64,000 nt of DNA, from NCBI RefSeq assembly GCF_026571515.1, contig NW_026862806.1:62001-126000 (forward strand), given 5' to 3'. This document shows, one piece after another, positions 13,204 through 27,065 of this stretch. Source of the stretch: Ruditapes philippinarum (lineage: Eukaryota). The translations under genes were made by a program, and so were the position numbers. Numbering within the stretch: the first letter of the stretch is position 1; every line of letters begins with the position of its first letter. Under the pieces are notes generated by a model. That model was not told the origin of the DNA. It worked only from the letters and a program-made list of their open reading frames with translations, and searched no databases.

Positions 13204-16200
13204 AATTTTGAGATTAATTCTTAAATCGTTTTGGTTTCATAGGATATTTATTAAATTTGTTAACATATATTAACTATATTCTCCAGTTTGATAAGAAGAT
13301 CTTTGATGATAATCATGATAAAATCTTTATTTAGAGAAGGTAGCAAACAAACTTAACGCAAATGATGGAAACACTCGTTTGTCTAGAATTGGAGTTTTAT
13401 ATGTCTTTAATGTCTTTAGCTAGTTCTTTAAGCACGATATACCATTATTTGTTCAATAGGAATAATATATTATATATCAATAGCAATATTATGACATATT
13501 GACTACTACCACAGGGGTTCCCACCACTCATTACTTAAATATCGTTGATAACATTTATTAAGTTTCTTAAAACTTCTTTTATAATATGACAAATACCTTA
13601 AGTAAATCGAATAAGTTTTTTTTTTGACATTGGAAAAAACATACTTTTGCGCAGCATCTAAATGATTCTTATGAAAAACGAAATTGTAATTAACTTTGTC
13701 CGCGTGACTTTTTTCTCTAATACAAACGTTTTGATCGTTCGTTATGGATTTCTTTTCTCTTTATTTAACAAATGCCTTAACTCACATATTCATGATTAGA
13801 CAGGTTTCTTTAAATAAATAAGCCAACATAAATCACTATTTAGGAGCAATTCGTTTAAAGATCCTGTATGTTGTTTTAAAGAATTTGTGTGTGTTTGGGT
13901 TTGTTTGCCCTCGATTCCGGGAAGAAACCATATGGGCGAGCATAAGGATATAATAATATAAGTGAAAAGTTTTATTATGTATAAGATTATTCTTCTAAAA
14001 CAATTTCCAAACATCAAAGAAATTGTAAAATATGTACTGCTAATGTTTATATGCATTATAAGTAATTATTAAAATATATGCATTCATATCTTGTTGAAAA
14101 CTTTGGCTTAGAATTTATCAAAAATGAATTTCCACCTTTTATTATATCGTTACAAATAATGCTTATTGGAACTTACAATATTAATAAATCTCCTTTTGAG
14201 CATCATATTTATGATTATATAAAAACATAAAAAAAAATGAGTTTCATGATCTTTAACAATGTTTCAAGTACTTCAGATATTTGAATGCTATGCTTCCAAA
14301 TATCTAATAGTTCTTAACTGTTCAAATATTGACTCCCCTCGATATATTTATCTTAAATTTTGTGAAAATAACATACACATAGATAAATATTTCGATAAAT
14401 AAAAATCTCCTCAACATGCATAATATGTAATATTTTTTAAAGAAAGAAAAGGAAACAAGCATCAGTGAAAGGGAGGAACATAAACAAAAGGAATCAATGC
14501 CAATGCCAAAACAAAATATTGGAGAGAAATTACATTTTACATCTGTTACTGCTGTATCCATGTTTTTTGCTTGTTTATTACGGCAATTTTCTAACCAATA
14601 CGTTACTTGTGCATAAGAAATTGTATTGCTTTAAGATTCATGTTCGTTTTAATTGACTCTTAAACAGAAGAAAGAATTGTATTAGGAAGAGGATCTTTCT
14701 TCTGAAATAACACCTTTATAATCCATTCTATAATAATATTTAAGCACCTATGGCTGGAACAAGTTCTATAGTAAAATAATCTTAATGGTATTTACTGTAC
14801 GGCAAATGACGGCCCTACCGGTATTTAGCACATCAATTCCTTAAGCAATTTTGTGAAGGGGAAGGTTTAATTTCGGACGGAGTGCAGATTTTGAAAATGA
14901 TCTTGTCTATGTTTTATTTTATTTTGAAATTGTGGTCGTGATGGATGGTTTACATATTTGTTGCTGAACAGATAAGCATTTCAAATTGATTGATTAATAT
15001 TGCGTGATTTCTTTTCCATAATGTATAACCTATGTGACTTGAAAATAAATATGTATCTTTGATGGTTTACCAGATATGAAAGAAATTGCAGACATGATAT
15101 GAAACATATAATTATATAGTATATTTTAAGTGCATCATATGTACACGAGTTATTTGAATTATTTAATATCGGCAATTATTTATATAAGTTACATCGTGAT
15201 AAAAATTGACATAAGCAAGTACTTAAACTACTAAAATCAAATTTCGTTAGTTCGAGTAAATGGTTAAATATGAAAACACATTCAATTCGATGTTTTATTA
15301 AAAATAGTAATTTACGATACACTTTTATTTATATGAATTTTAAGCAAAGTAAAATTATGTGATAAAATTAAATTAACTACATGTATTAACAGTATTACAG
15401 ATTTGTTTTATATTTGAAGTCACAGTTCTTCATCTCTATTTTTTCATCAGGCAAGATACTACAATAATTAAAGTTGATATAACATTTTCTTTCATTTTCG
15501 CTAAATTGTTGAGGCATGGAAATGACCTTTGATGAGTACGGTGCCCAATTTGGACAAGGCTGGTTATTGATTATTTTGCAGAATCAGATGTTCCAATGTT
15601 ATTTATTTTGATTTGAGTGCATATAAATTTTAAATAATTTGATTGTCTGGTAACGATTGCTTATTTTCTTTAATGATTTACCAACAACATTATAAAGTAA
15701 GTATTAGTGTTCTAACTTGATTTAGTTGGAACTAACAGGATTTATAGACTGATGCTGATTGAGAAATGACACTTGTGTATGTTGTGATTACCAGCTGTAT
15801 TTTAATATGTTGCAGATATAATTTGGGTACGGTTCATAATCATTTTGCTGATTTTAGCAGGTAATACAAGTGTGTGGTTAATTCTCTTTGTATTGTTTGC
15901 ACTTACTTCTTGAAAAACATGTTGACCAATATCTTATGAAATAATGTCTTATTTAACCTGTATCAAGTATTACCAGCTGTTTTGATGTTAAATTAAGATT
16001 AAAAAATGTCTATATAGTGATACTTATTGTTGGATCAAAACTTTACATACTTTATACTGATTTGTTTTTGGAAACAACAACTTGAATGGCGAGACTAGTA
16101 GTTGTGTATGTTTTTAGTTTTTATTTCGGTAACAGATAATAAAAAAATATTTTTTTGTTTAATTTTATACATAATGATAAGCTCTCTTATGTCAGAAAGG

Positions 16201-18460
16201 TTCTTTTGATTCAAAATATAGTTCCGGTTACTTTGATACCTGCATTATGGAAAACAGTAATGATTGGAATGTTTAAAAAACGTCTGTTTTAATAACATGT
16301 TTTTTAAGTTCATTTTAATGTTGTATTTGTTTGTTTAAAAGGTAAATATGTCAGGAATATTAACTATTCAAGTCTCTTGACAAAACAGTTATTTGATTAT
16401 GATTTAATAAAAAGATGAATAATGTGTATGAGTATGAATAAGCAAAGAGGTAAAGTTTAGTACTGTCAGAGATTTAAATTTTTATCAAATATAAGGTAAA
16501 TTAATAAAATTTAAGCCGATAAATAATATGAATCTATATTTAGTAGGTTTTTAATTATGCTCAAATTGGATTTTTGAAAATACCAATAGATGCTATACAG
16601 TCATTTTTAAATGTAAACATCTTTGGAAGATATGCTTTTACGTTTGAAACTCGTTTAGCTAGTGTCTGACATTTTTGTTACAAGTAAGAACGGGCAAAAT
16701 TAACTTGTAAAATAGAATGCATCATCCCATATATTGTTTGTACATTGTCTTATTTTAGTTAGACAAATTCAGTAAGAATATCCTAGATTTTAGTAAATGT
16801 CTGCAATAAAAGGGGTTTACCCAAAGATGGGCAAATTTATATTTTAAGATATATAGCATTGACAGAGATCAGTTTTTGTCTTTGATATTTGCTCTCGTCT
16901 AATTATCCCAGGTATCAAGCAATTTTCATCTCGATACTTATGATTAAGGTCGTTTGTTAAACTTTACTAACAAAGAAAGATAATAGTTATTAATTAAATG
17001 TTTGTATGAAAAATAAAATCTTACACTTGAAAGGACACTCCATATTGGTTAATTTGACATAATAGATCGTTCTGACATTTCTTATTACTTAATAATTATA
17101 CTGTATGAACCACTCGTTACAATATAATATAACATGCTGCATTTATGTTCTGCAATTTTTATGTCATCTGTTCAGTGCAATGGTGTTTAACGATGTTAGA
17201 AATCAAAGTACTGAAGTACATATGGGATTGCTTTGTGACAATATTCGGTTAACATCAAATTGCATAGTTTAGTTACTTTGGTTTCAAAAAAATCAAATTA
17301 AAGTTTATGCAATAAGAAAAGTTTTATGGTGACTTTGTTGTTTTTTTATCAAACAATAAAAATAATAAATCTGATATTTTTTCCCTTTCGATACGCTATG
17401 CAGATAAATATTTATTTGAAATCAGTAACACATTCCAATAAATGTAGAATATGTGGCAAAACTTTATGTATGCCAGTTTTTAACAATAACAAAAATAAAA
17501 CAAAATAAAATGTGGCAAGTCATGCTTTTGTGCATTATACAAACAATTCTTTTGCAATCAATTTGATTGCAAATATTTTGTTGGTCACATAACCGGTCTA
17601 TTGTTTCCCATCTACAGACATAATGTCAAGAATTCCAGTGCCACAAAAATCTCAAAGAATCGCTTTAAGATGAAGACTTGAAATATAATTACATATGGTA
17701 GTTAAATATGAATTGAAAAGTAATAAGTGCATAACATACTATTGTCGTATGCGCAGTATTACTGTTGATGTAGGCGGTTTGAAGCGATTTGTAAAAGCCT
17801 TTGCTGACATGCATGATCTTTGGATTCCTGCAAACTACCTTAATATCAATAAACAGTAAACGGCACGATTTTGGCAAACAAAGTTATTAACAAGGTTCAG
17901 GTGATCTTCTGAAGATTGCCTGGCCAAAAGTGAACGCGGTTTTACCGAACATTATAGAAATTTATATTGTCTTTCTGCAAATGTGAATTGATCAGAAATG
18001 GGTACATGTTACATAAGAATGTCTTATATTGATTACCAGGAAGAAAACATAAAAAATTCATCATTTGGATATTCTTATATTAAACTATTTCCTGAAAATA
18101 TATTTTGATACAGTTCAAAGTGATTTAGTATGAACATTTTATGATGAATAATATTTAGTGTCAGAACAATGTTTTAACTTCTATAAAAATATATGTCATA
18201 TTGGACCATGTATATCTAACTCACAAACAACAACCACTTAAAACTACTTCGTGGTTTATACTAAATATAATTTTATCACAATAGCTATTTATGGTAACAG
18301 ACGTCTTCCAATTTGGACAAATTCTGTTAAAAGATATATTTTCATAATAAATAATATTTACCCTTTTGATAGATCATTTTAAAACTAACTGAAAGGTTTG
18401 AACGGAATTTAATCAGTTAATTGATAATATGACTGAAGAAATATTTGTATTTACTTTCAG

Positions 18461-19416
18461 GTTCTTTGGTACCATTTCTGGAAAACACAGTTGTACATGC
18501 ATCAGTGCTCACATTGATTGCCATTGGTATTGAGAGATACAGAGTTGTTAATCGGCCATTGTTAGGTATCGAAGACAATTTACATAAAAGCATCAAAGTT
18601 GTTCCTTTTATATGGTTAATATGTGGCATTTCAAATATTCCATGGTTTATTATTGCGGAATACAAAGATTCCAGCCATTTGGACGGCACTCCAATCAAAG
18701 TATGCAGGTTGCCAATGATAAATGGTTTGCATAAAGCATATGTCACTTTCGCAAGTCTTCTCTATTTCATGATCCCATTTTTCATACTTTTGCTGCTGTA
18801 CTGCCGGATATGTTTCATATTGCATAACACTAAAGATGATGCCAGTCACTATGAACTACGGAACTCTTCCCAAAGTCGTTACAGGCGTCGACTTCGTGCT
18901 CAAGTCATAAATATCATTATTTCCTTAGTTCTTCTGTTCTTCATATTTCATTTACCATATAGAATTGTTAGTATATGGTTGATTTACGCCGATAAGTATG
19001 AACTACACAATCTTGGTATACATAAATATTTTGACATTTTGTATTCTGTCAGGATTCTGTTTTACCTTAATCATGCGTTAAATCCAATACTGTATAATTT
19101 CGTTTCAAGTAAATTCCGAAATGCACTTCGATATTTATTAACCAAACGGGAGTCCCGGGGAAGTTTACTCCTTTCATCAAACAGAAGAGGTCTTTTAGAC
19201 AATCAAATCGCACGACCAAAGCAGAGTCAGATCATCTTTATGGAGAATGATTACGAAAATAAAGGCCGTGCTAGTGATTCAATCAACTCCTCTTCTAGAC
19301 AGAAAATAAACGAATTCTATCCAATGTATGCTAACATAATACATAATCATGAAGATAAAAACGAAACGAGTCGCGAGGATGGAGACGGCGATTCCGAGAA
19401 CGCTAATCCTATGTAA
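18461..19416 (+). CDS. Class A neuropeptide GPCR (ETHR-like), coding exon 2: TM3-TM7 and C-tail; spliced product 435 aa
   Basis: Acceptor tttactttcag|GT restores TGT(Cys): KLMC-SLVPFLENTVVHASVLTLIAIGIERY. ECL2 DGTPIKVC; TM5 YFMIP; TM6 FFIFHLPYR; TM7 LNHALNPILYNFVSSKFR; TAA at 19414-19416. 352+956=1308 nt, in frame. Confidence 0.95.
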
Positions 19417-20590
19417 TATAATATATCCTTACACCAAGGAAAAGTATTGTATGTTTGTAGATGAACTAGGACATACCTGTTTGTCATGAAAAGGACGTAC
19501 ATGATGTGACCATTAGTGAATTATATAATCGTATAATCAACATAAGAAGTGATCCTTGTAATGGGAGTATTTGTTTTATAACACACAATTTTATTATTTC
19601 TTTAAATCAGTCATGACAGGTATGGTATTTCAAGAGAGATAATATGGCGTGTTTGTCTCTATGTTTCAATTCTGAATATTGATGATTGAAATGTGTGTTT
19701 GTTTCATTTTCATTTTGTTTGTAAAAGGCAATGATAGCAAAATGTAACAGAAAATTCTCAGTTCGAATAATCGGTAAAGAGTAATGTGGAACATGTAAAT
19801 AACTATACTACCTGTTGAATAAGAGTTCTTTTGTGAGTTCTATTCAATTCTGAGTTCTATTTTATTCTTGCATATTTTCTTTTTTGATAGTTTATGCGTA
19901 TAACATATGCTAAGCAGCTGCATTTATAAAAGTTAAACACGTATTGCTTACATTTAAATACACGAACGTATTGTTAATAGCGTAGCAATATTTTGTGCTT
20001 TTTAATATTTTTGTCAAGGATCCAACATTTCTTACCGTTCCGGGAGATGGTATTGATTTTTTGTTTGTAGAATCTTATTGTAAATATATAACTCAATTAC
20101 TTAACATGACGAAATTTCTTGTTTTCAATATGTATTAAAAGATATTTTGATATTGACTGACGTTCGTCTTATTATATTTAAAATAATATGACGTATTGGT
20201 ATAAATTTAAAAAGTTTTGTTTAATAAACAGGGGTGTATTGTTTATCCAATTATTGCATTGATTTACATGAGTTAATATATTTGTTACAACACTGGTAAT
20301 GCAACAATTACATTATCATAAAAGTTTGATAAAAATTTAAATGTTTTGTAAATAAATATATTATAATTACATAAACTGGTTATGCCTACGTCAAATGCAC
20401 TTAGGGGTTATTTTTTATCAAGAACATTTGTGTTCATGTGTTGCTCATAATATTACAATTCTATATTTTTCGAAGCAGTGAAGAAAAGTTCATGAAATAT
20501 ATACGTTTTTTTTTTGTTTGTTTGTTTTTGTATGAAAAACAAAGAAGCGTTAAAATTGTACAGAAGATACACCTTCCACTTAAGTTTTTG

Positions 20591-20812
20591 TTTTACCCTC
20601 TACCTGCTCCGACAAATAGTGAATAGCCTCCTTCACCAGTAAAGAGCAAGGCTGGCCAGTACATCCGTACAGTCTGATCAGTCTCTTTATCATTTGAAGC
20701 TGCATTGATTTGTTTTTTTTGATAATGAAATCCCTAAACTTCAAATGATTTGTCCAAATTCACAGCAGATGAAAATAAATGTTTGTCGATCTAAACTGGG
20801 CTAAAGATTTAA
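20591..20812. mobile_element. Decayed MITE-like fragment
   Basis: cagtacatccgtacagtctgatcag..atccctaaa..tgtccaaatt resembles, from recall, a common bivalve TTAA-type non-autonomous element; termini are degraded. Confidence 0.35.
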
Positions 20813-23800
20813 AATGCATGCCGCTGAATGGTACCAATACAACGGACGTCAATCGAAATAATAAGAGTTGTCACTATTAGAAGATACAAACACATTCATA
20901 CTAACAGACATTTTGTATTTCTGAACCTGAAATGAATATCGAGCAATGTTTCTCTAAAATATAACTAAACTGAGTTTTAATTTTTAAAATCTTATTTTAT
21001 TTGCCAAAAGAGTATTCCTTTAGGAAATAATAATAGATGATAAATGCATTTGTGTTCGCTTTATAAATAGCACTACTGAATTGATTTTAGTCAAACAAAT
21101 TGCTTCATAAACACAATGATAAACATACATGATTTTTAAAAGAAAAAACAAATTTCACATTTGCAGCGGTCTTTTAGGCTAAGCATAGGTATTTTAATAA
21201 ATTAGACTAAGAGCTGCAATTACCGAAACAATTACATAACAAATAGTAAGTAGATGAAATAACAGTGTTAAATTGTGATAAACTGTTGTTAAGTTTAAGA
21301 TTTAAAAGCTTTTGAAAGATACGTTTACATTAATTGATGTTATTATATACATTGTATCACTAATTTCATTCATATCTTTCCAAGTAAAGTGTAGTTTATG
21401 ATATAATTTTTTATCATTTATGCATCTGAATGTAAATATTTCACTTTATAATATAATGAAATATATAATTAATTTGAAAACTTTCAACACTATCAAAAAG
21501 ACGACAATTTTAAAAAAGGAAAAAAGAAAAAATGATACCGGTTATGGCTCAAATTAACGCTTCATTTCCATATGATTATAACCAATTGTTTACCTCCCTT
21601 TGAAACATTATTTAGGATAAGGTTTGTAGTGTTTGTAGCTTAATGTTGATCATTTTGTTGTTGTTGTCATATCTGTTGTTCTTGTGTTAACGGTAATTCA
21701 AAACTTGTACACGTACTTTCCTAAAATGCTTATCAAATTAGATCTATACAGTTTGAATGTCTGAATTAGTTATACACTGCATGCTTTTATAACAAAGTTG
21801 CAAAGAATATATTCAACAATTACAAAATATACATGCATATCTATAATGCCAATAAATTAATAAATATAGAAGCAAAATTTATTAAGGTGTAAGTTTTCTT
21901 TTCTCATAACAATGAGTTACCATGTTATTATGATCCGATAATTTAAACATACATTTTCCAGTAATTATAGAAAAAAAAATATCCGTTTCCGTTTGATTCT
22001 AAACATATGCAAAATGCCAAACAGAAAATTCATTGATTTCACTAGCAGATGCATCATTGCAATACGTGCATTGAATATATCCTTAAGTTTCTATTACTAG
22101 TCCAGTCATTCTAGCTCAAAATAGAGCCAAACCTCAAACAAATTGCAACAGAAAATATTTTGAGTGTTTTGAAACCCCAGACCTATATTGTATAACATAT
22201 CAAAAGTCTAGAAAAATCTATATTGGAGAATGTTTTCAAAAATTAGGATCAAATATATGGGTATCATTGTATTTATTTTTTTAATTTGAACTCAATGTAA
22301 TACACACACATACAATTTTCTAATCAGTTTTATATATAATATGCATAAAAATATAGCCTAATCTATCCCTATAGTAACATAAAGTAATCACAAAGTTGTT
22401 TTTGTTTAAAGAAACTACTTTTACCTTCTGAAATTTATAAATTAACTTAAGTGGGTGGGGTAATACTATATTTTTAAATTGCTGTAGATCAACAATTTAT
22501 TGAAAGATGTATGTTATATGATATTAAACAGAAAATACATATTGGTTTGTGTACATGTGAAAACTGTCAAATTTCAACGTTTTATGAATTTAATTTACAT
22601 TCCATCAATATTTAATGCATATATTGAAATATTTATGTTAACATTGTACAGCTAGTGGGTGGGGTAATCTTATACAAAAATAAAGAAACATTAAGTAAAT
22701 TTATATTATCTATGATAATAATATTGAGTTTTATATTAACTTGAATACTTTTAAGCACATCTGTTGTATTTTTTTTCTGAGTCATTATATAACACCATGA
22801 TATTGGGTAAAAAAAGGTGACATTGACCTTTTGGAGGTCAATTTCAATTATTTGATATATTTGAGCATAAAATGTAAAAAAATAAATATTTGGAAATTTT
22901 AATTTGTAAAATATCTTCGCTAAGCATAAGCACAAGAATGTCATGACTTTTACAAAGCGTCACTCGCTTCTTTAATTTCTGGTCTACAAATCTTTCATTT
23001 TTTATCACTCTAGATGGTAGCACCTGAAATTAGTCTGGTATATCTTTCCAGTTCTGAAATTAGAGGAGCATAAACAAGTTTGATGGTAAAGAGCATCGGC
23101 TACAAGCAAGTCGTGAACCTTTTCTATCCTTGCTCTCACTGTATCAGACAAACAGTCGTTCCTCTGTATGCTTATATTCAAAATAGTGGGTTATAAATAT
23201 ATAGTACTGCCATTACTGGCAAAACATCACACTTCCTTGTTTTACCCCTTCTTATTACAGATTGACCATAATATAATTTTTTTTTGTATGAAAACTTATC
23301 AGTCATCTCAATGGTGTTAATGGTGGCATTATTGTTTTCTTTTTCTGTCTTAGTGTCTCTTTTAGTGTAATGTGATCTTTCTACACTCAATATGAATAAA
23401 TTATTCCGATTCAACTTTTAAACTGTCATTTCGTTTCTCACTGACAGCATTTATTCCCTTGCATTCCTTTCCGATCCTTTAACTGTCTTTGTATGATCAT
23501 CAAACAGCCGTTAACAAATCCGACAGGTGTTTATCTTGAAAAAAAAAAACAACAATAACTGATATTGTAAGATTTATAAAATCTGTTGTTTTACATTATA
23601 TGGAGGTTGATCCAGAATTACCCAAAATTTGTTTATTATTCTGATAACTTTTTTATGTTTTCTTCATTAAATTTATAAATGCGCAAAGATCGATGTTTCT
23701 TCTATTTAATTGCCATATAATTTATTAAAAACCTCCAGTATCGTCTCAGGCCGCTTTAAATAACCATGGATACGCCAAAGCAGCGCAACTCAAAGAACAT

Positions 23801-25519
23801 GACGTCCGTTGAAATTTATAATACACCAAAGTGTCCGACACAAAAAGGGATCATGTCCAATCTTGCCGAAGGTTAATGTAAAGCCTACTTAAATTTTACG
23901 ACGTTTGAACATGGTATTATTGTGTAATCATTTGTAATTGCAACGTTTATTTATGCAAAAACGTCTTCATTAAGGCGTCGGAAAACGGCACTTTCATAAA
24001 CATTTGTCAACTGTTCAGACAGCCTACCATAGAAAAATCTAATACGATAAAAGAAATTCGACACAAGTATTTTGTTAGTCATGCATACAAAACTTTTTGA
24101 GGGGTAAAGAAGTTTTTTTTACCAAACTGTTGAAGTAATTTTAAAGATAAATACATATCGTTTGCGGCATAGAAGAATACGCGTGAAGTTAACGTTCTCC
24201 GTCGCTGTGGCGATTGAAAAAATACATATATGCTGTCATATGCGGCCTTGCACAATTTCAATGCGATTTAAAAATGAATTCTTATTGACGATTATGTGCT
24301 GTTTTTCATACTTTATTTTTTTCTTTTACATGCACTTTTTTCTAATTAAATGAAATGAATCATATATTTTATGCCTTCAACTTTAAGATGATCATGTGTA
24401 TGAATCACAGCAATCAAAGCAAATACATAGGTTTAGGTTGTTAGTACACTTACAGTGAATGGCATCGGGAGGATTCCCTATGTATAAGAACAATAAAACA
24501 TCAACCTTTTTTGCATAATGTGGCAAATCCTATGTTTGCTTATATGGTAGGCATACTGTGTTTAATTATCATATTCTTGTTTCCTTGTAAAGAGGATATA
24601 TTAAGCAGTAATAAAGTGTTTATTATATGAACTTTGAATAAATATTATTGAATTTACTGTTTAAATTACAGGTATTTCTGGATCATCCCTTGTATTCTTG
24701 TATTCTGGTTATTGGTAGCTGATTACGTATTGTTTCAGTTATCACAGAACAGTATGTGTTATTTTAAGATGTAATTTTCCTAAAAGGCTTCTTGTTAAAA
24801 TTTTTTAGGTGTATTTATTTGATCAAAGTTGCTGATATGACACAATTTTATTTTTTAAGGTTTTAATCTAAAATTATAAAAATATTAAATACCAACTGGT
24901 TAAAGTGTTTGGAAGTAACGTAAAGATTAAGTCACATATTGAGTTTAAAAATGTCACCTTTCAATTTTAAGCATTTCTAATGCCCATCCGTGCATGTATT
25001 CAAAAATATTTGTACTGATATGTTACATGTATTTGCTTAAAGTTTGGTTTTAAAAGTGATAAAATTATTCTATAGTCAACTTAGGTGTGCATTCCGAAAG
25101 TAATACAAATATATCCGTATTTCGCTGTGAATTAATCTTATACACGTAATACACTTTTTCAAATTCACACAGGTGCTATTGTATGCATAAAAGTTTTTCT
25201 TTTAAATTATGGATCAACTGTGCATGTTTAACCTGAACTCGTACACATCGCCAATCATGAACCATAACTAGAAATCACGTTTGTTTATGTTTGTTTATTG
25301 ATAAATTTTTCATGTCACCTTTTCATGTATAAATGTCTTCTATGTCTATTAAAAACTGAAAATAATTTCATATATATTGAATTATGCATACATCGCTCTA
25401 TTTCCTCCATGTTTAATATTCACTTAAACTAGTAAAAGATAATGTGTAATATTTGTGTAATATATGTAAAAATATTACAAATATAAGCAAACTTACTCAT
25501 TTAGTGTACATATAGTTTA

Positions 25520-26128
25520 CTGGTTGGAGAGATAACTCCGACACTAAATCACATATATTTTGCAATATATAAATTATCTTTCAGTATATTTTAAATATTG
25601 AACAACCTAAACAAAGTTCAGTTCAAAGACTTTACATTACACTACAAAAATATGTATGAAAATGGAACCTGGTACTTCTTTAAGGTCTTGAATGAGGTAT
25701 ACAAAACATGGTCTTTTTACCCCACCACAGTAGATAAAGTCGACACTTAAATTTTTAAGTAAAAAAAACCCTGGAAAATCAGCATCAATAATTTATTGTT
25801 ACATCTTATATGGTTTATCTATTTTTTGTAAATAATTAAACAATTTTTCAAAAATCTTTCCCAAGTCAGTGGCCTCTGGTCAATACATTTCTAACTACCT
25901 TATTGTAATTTAGTAAAAAGAACGTTTTGAAGCAGTTTTTGCCTACAAAAAGTTTAGGTTATTTGAAAACCATTAAAAAGTTTACCAAATTAAAACAAAT
26001 CATCACATTCTGTCCTGTTCCTATACTATTAGGTGATCATGTGCTTGTTTGTTGAAAAACAAAGTTAAAACAATTATATTTATCAAGTGTCGGGGTTATC
26101 TATGCGTCGGAGTTATCTCTCCGATCAG
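25520..26128. mobile_element. MITE with TA target duplication (Tc1/mariner/pogo-type, non-autonomous)
   Basis: 23 bp TIRs ctggttggagagataactccgac / gtcggagttatctctccgatcag (21/23 match), flanked by TA at 25518-25519 and 26129-26130; internal copies of the TIR motif near 25731 and 26085. Confidence 0.8.
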
Positions 26129-26964
26129 TACTGGATTTTTTTTATTTTCAAAATCAAGCATACATCAATGAAGACTGCCTCAAAGCGGTACCCCTGAAAT
26201 AATACATTATATATGTAAAACAATTTAAAAAACTATTAAAAAATACAAAAAAAAAACAACCTTGAATACACATTTAACAATAAAACATGATTAAAGTATT
26301 CAGAATTTATTTAATGTAATTCGTCAGAATTAAAGTGATAATGGCGTTCCATAGTTTAAAAAATACTTTCGAAATTAACTTGTTATAAATACACACTTGT
26401 ATGCCGTTTTTGAATGTTTACTAAGACAGGAATTAATCAGAGTTGTAATTTAGATGAGTTAAACTATTTTCCGTGAATATTATAATACAGAATGCTTGAA
26501 ACCCCTGTTGACCTTCAATGGATAAAGAACTGGTAAAACAAGTAATAATTTTCAACAAATACTCATAATAAAGTTACGACCCCACATTAATTTTTCCTAT
26601 TATGATCTGTTATATTTTAAGGAAAATATACCAACCCACTTTACAGTGTACTTTACTGAATTTAATTTGTTTACACTTATGTTGTTGTTGTTGTCACCAT
26701 TATGCATACGCTTTTCTGAGTATTGTAGACGCTTTGTTCGCCTATGGAAGACCGTTGTCGTCAGAAAAAAATCACAAAAAAATAACGCGATAAAAACCCG
26801 TTTTTTTCTATGTTGCGCAACTTAGATTTTGCTAGACTTTTGATATGATTCATGTTATTCCATATACTTTCTATACCAGGTAAAATATTTTCTGTTGCAA
26901 TTTGTTTGGGGTCGATTTACAGACTGACTGGACTATACGGTCTCTGATCGAAATACTATTCTAG

Positions 26965-27065
26965 TCGCAGTCTGGATGTTTAATAATTTATGAATATATG
27001 TTTTGAGGCAAAACAATATCATGTTGATTTGGACGGAATCTGATAGCTTAAGACGATTGAATTCA
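26965..27065 (+). repeat. Dispersed repeat, copy 1 (direct copy at ~34813-34910)
   Basis: gcagtctggatg...caaaacartatcat...cggaatcygatagct is shared colinearly between the two sites. Confidence 0.7.

Noticed and set aside
12406-13273. Overlapping ORFs of 69-136 aa
   Set aside because: Translations of the HINE microsatellite and tandem repeats
15500-16460. Faint LINE-like peptides (VIDYF; IPALWKTVMIGMFKK)
   Set aside because: Too short and fragmented to support without a profile search; possibly an ancient CR1/L2 relic
17551-17573. 11 bp-arm palindrome and small tandem duplications (~2474-2520, ~54033-54137)
   Set aside because: Expected background in AT-rich DNA
18417-18849. Antisense ORFs over GPCR exon 2 (and + strand ORFs over the PLE)
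   Set aside because: Shadow frames with no recognisable motifs
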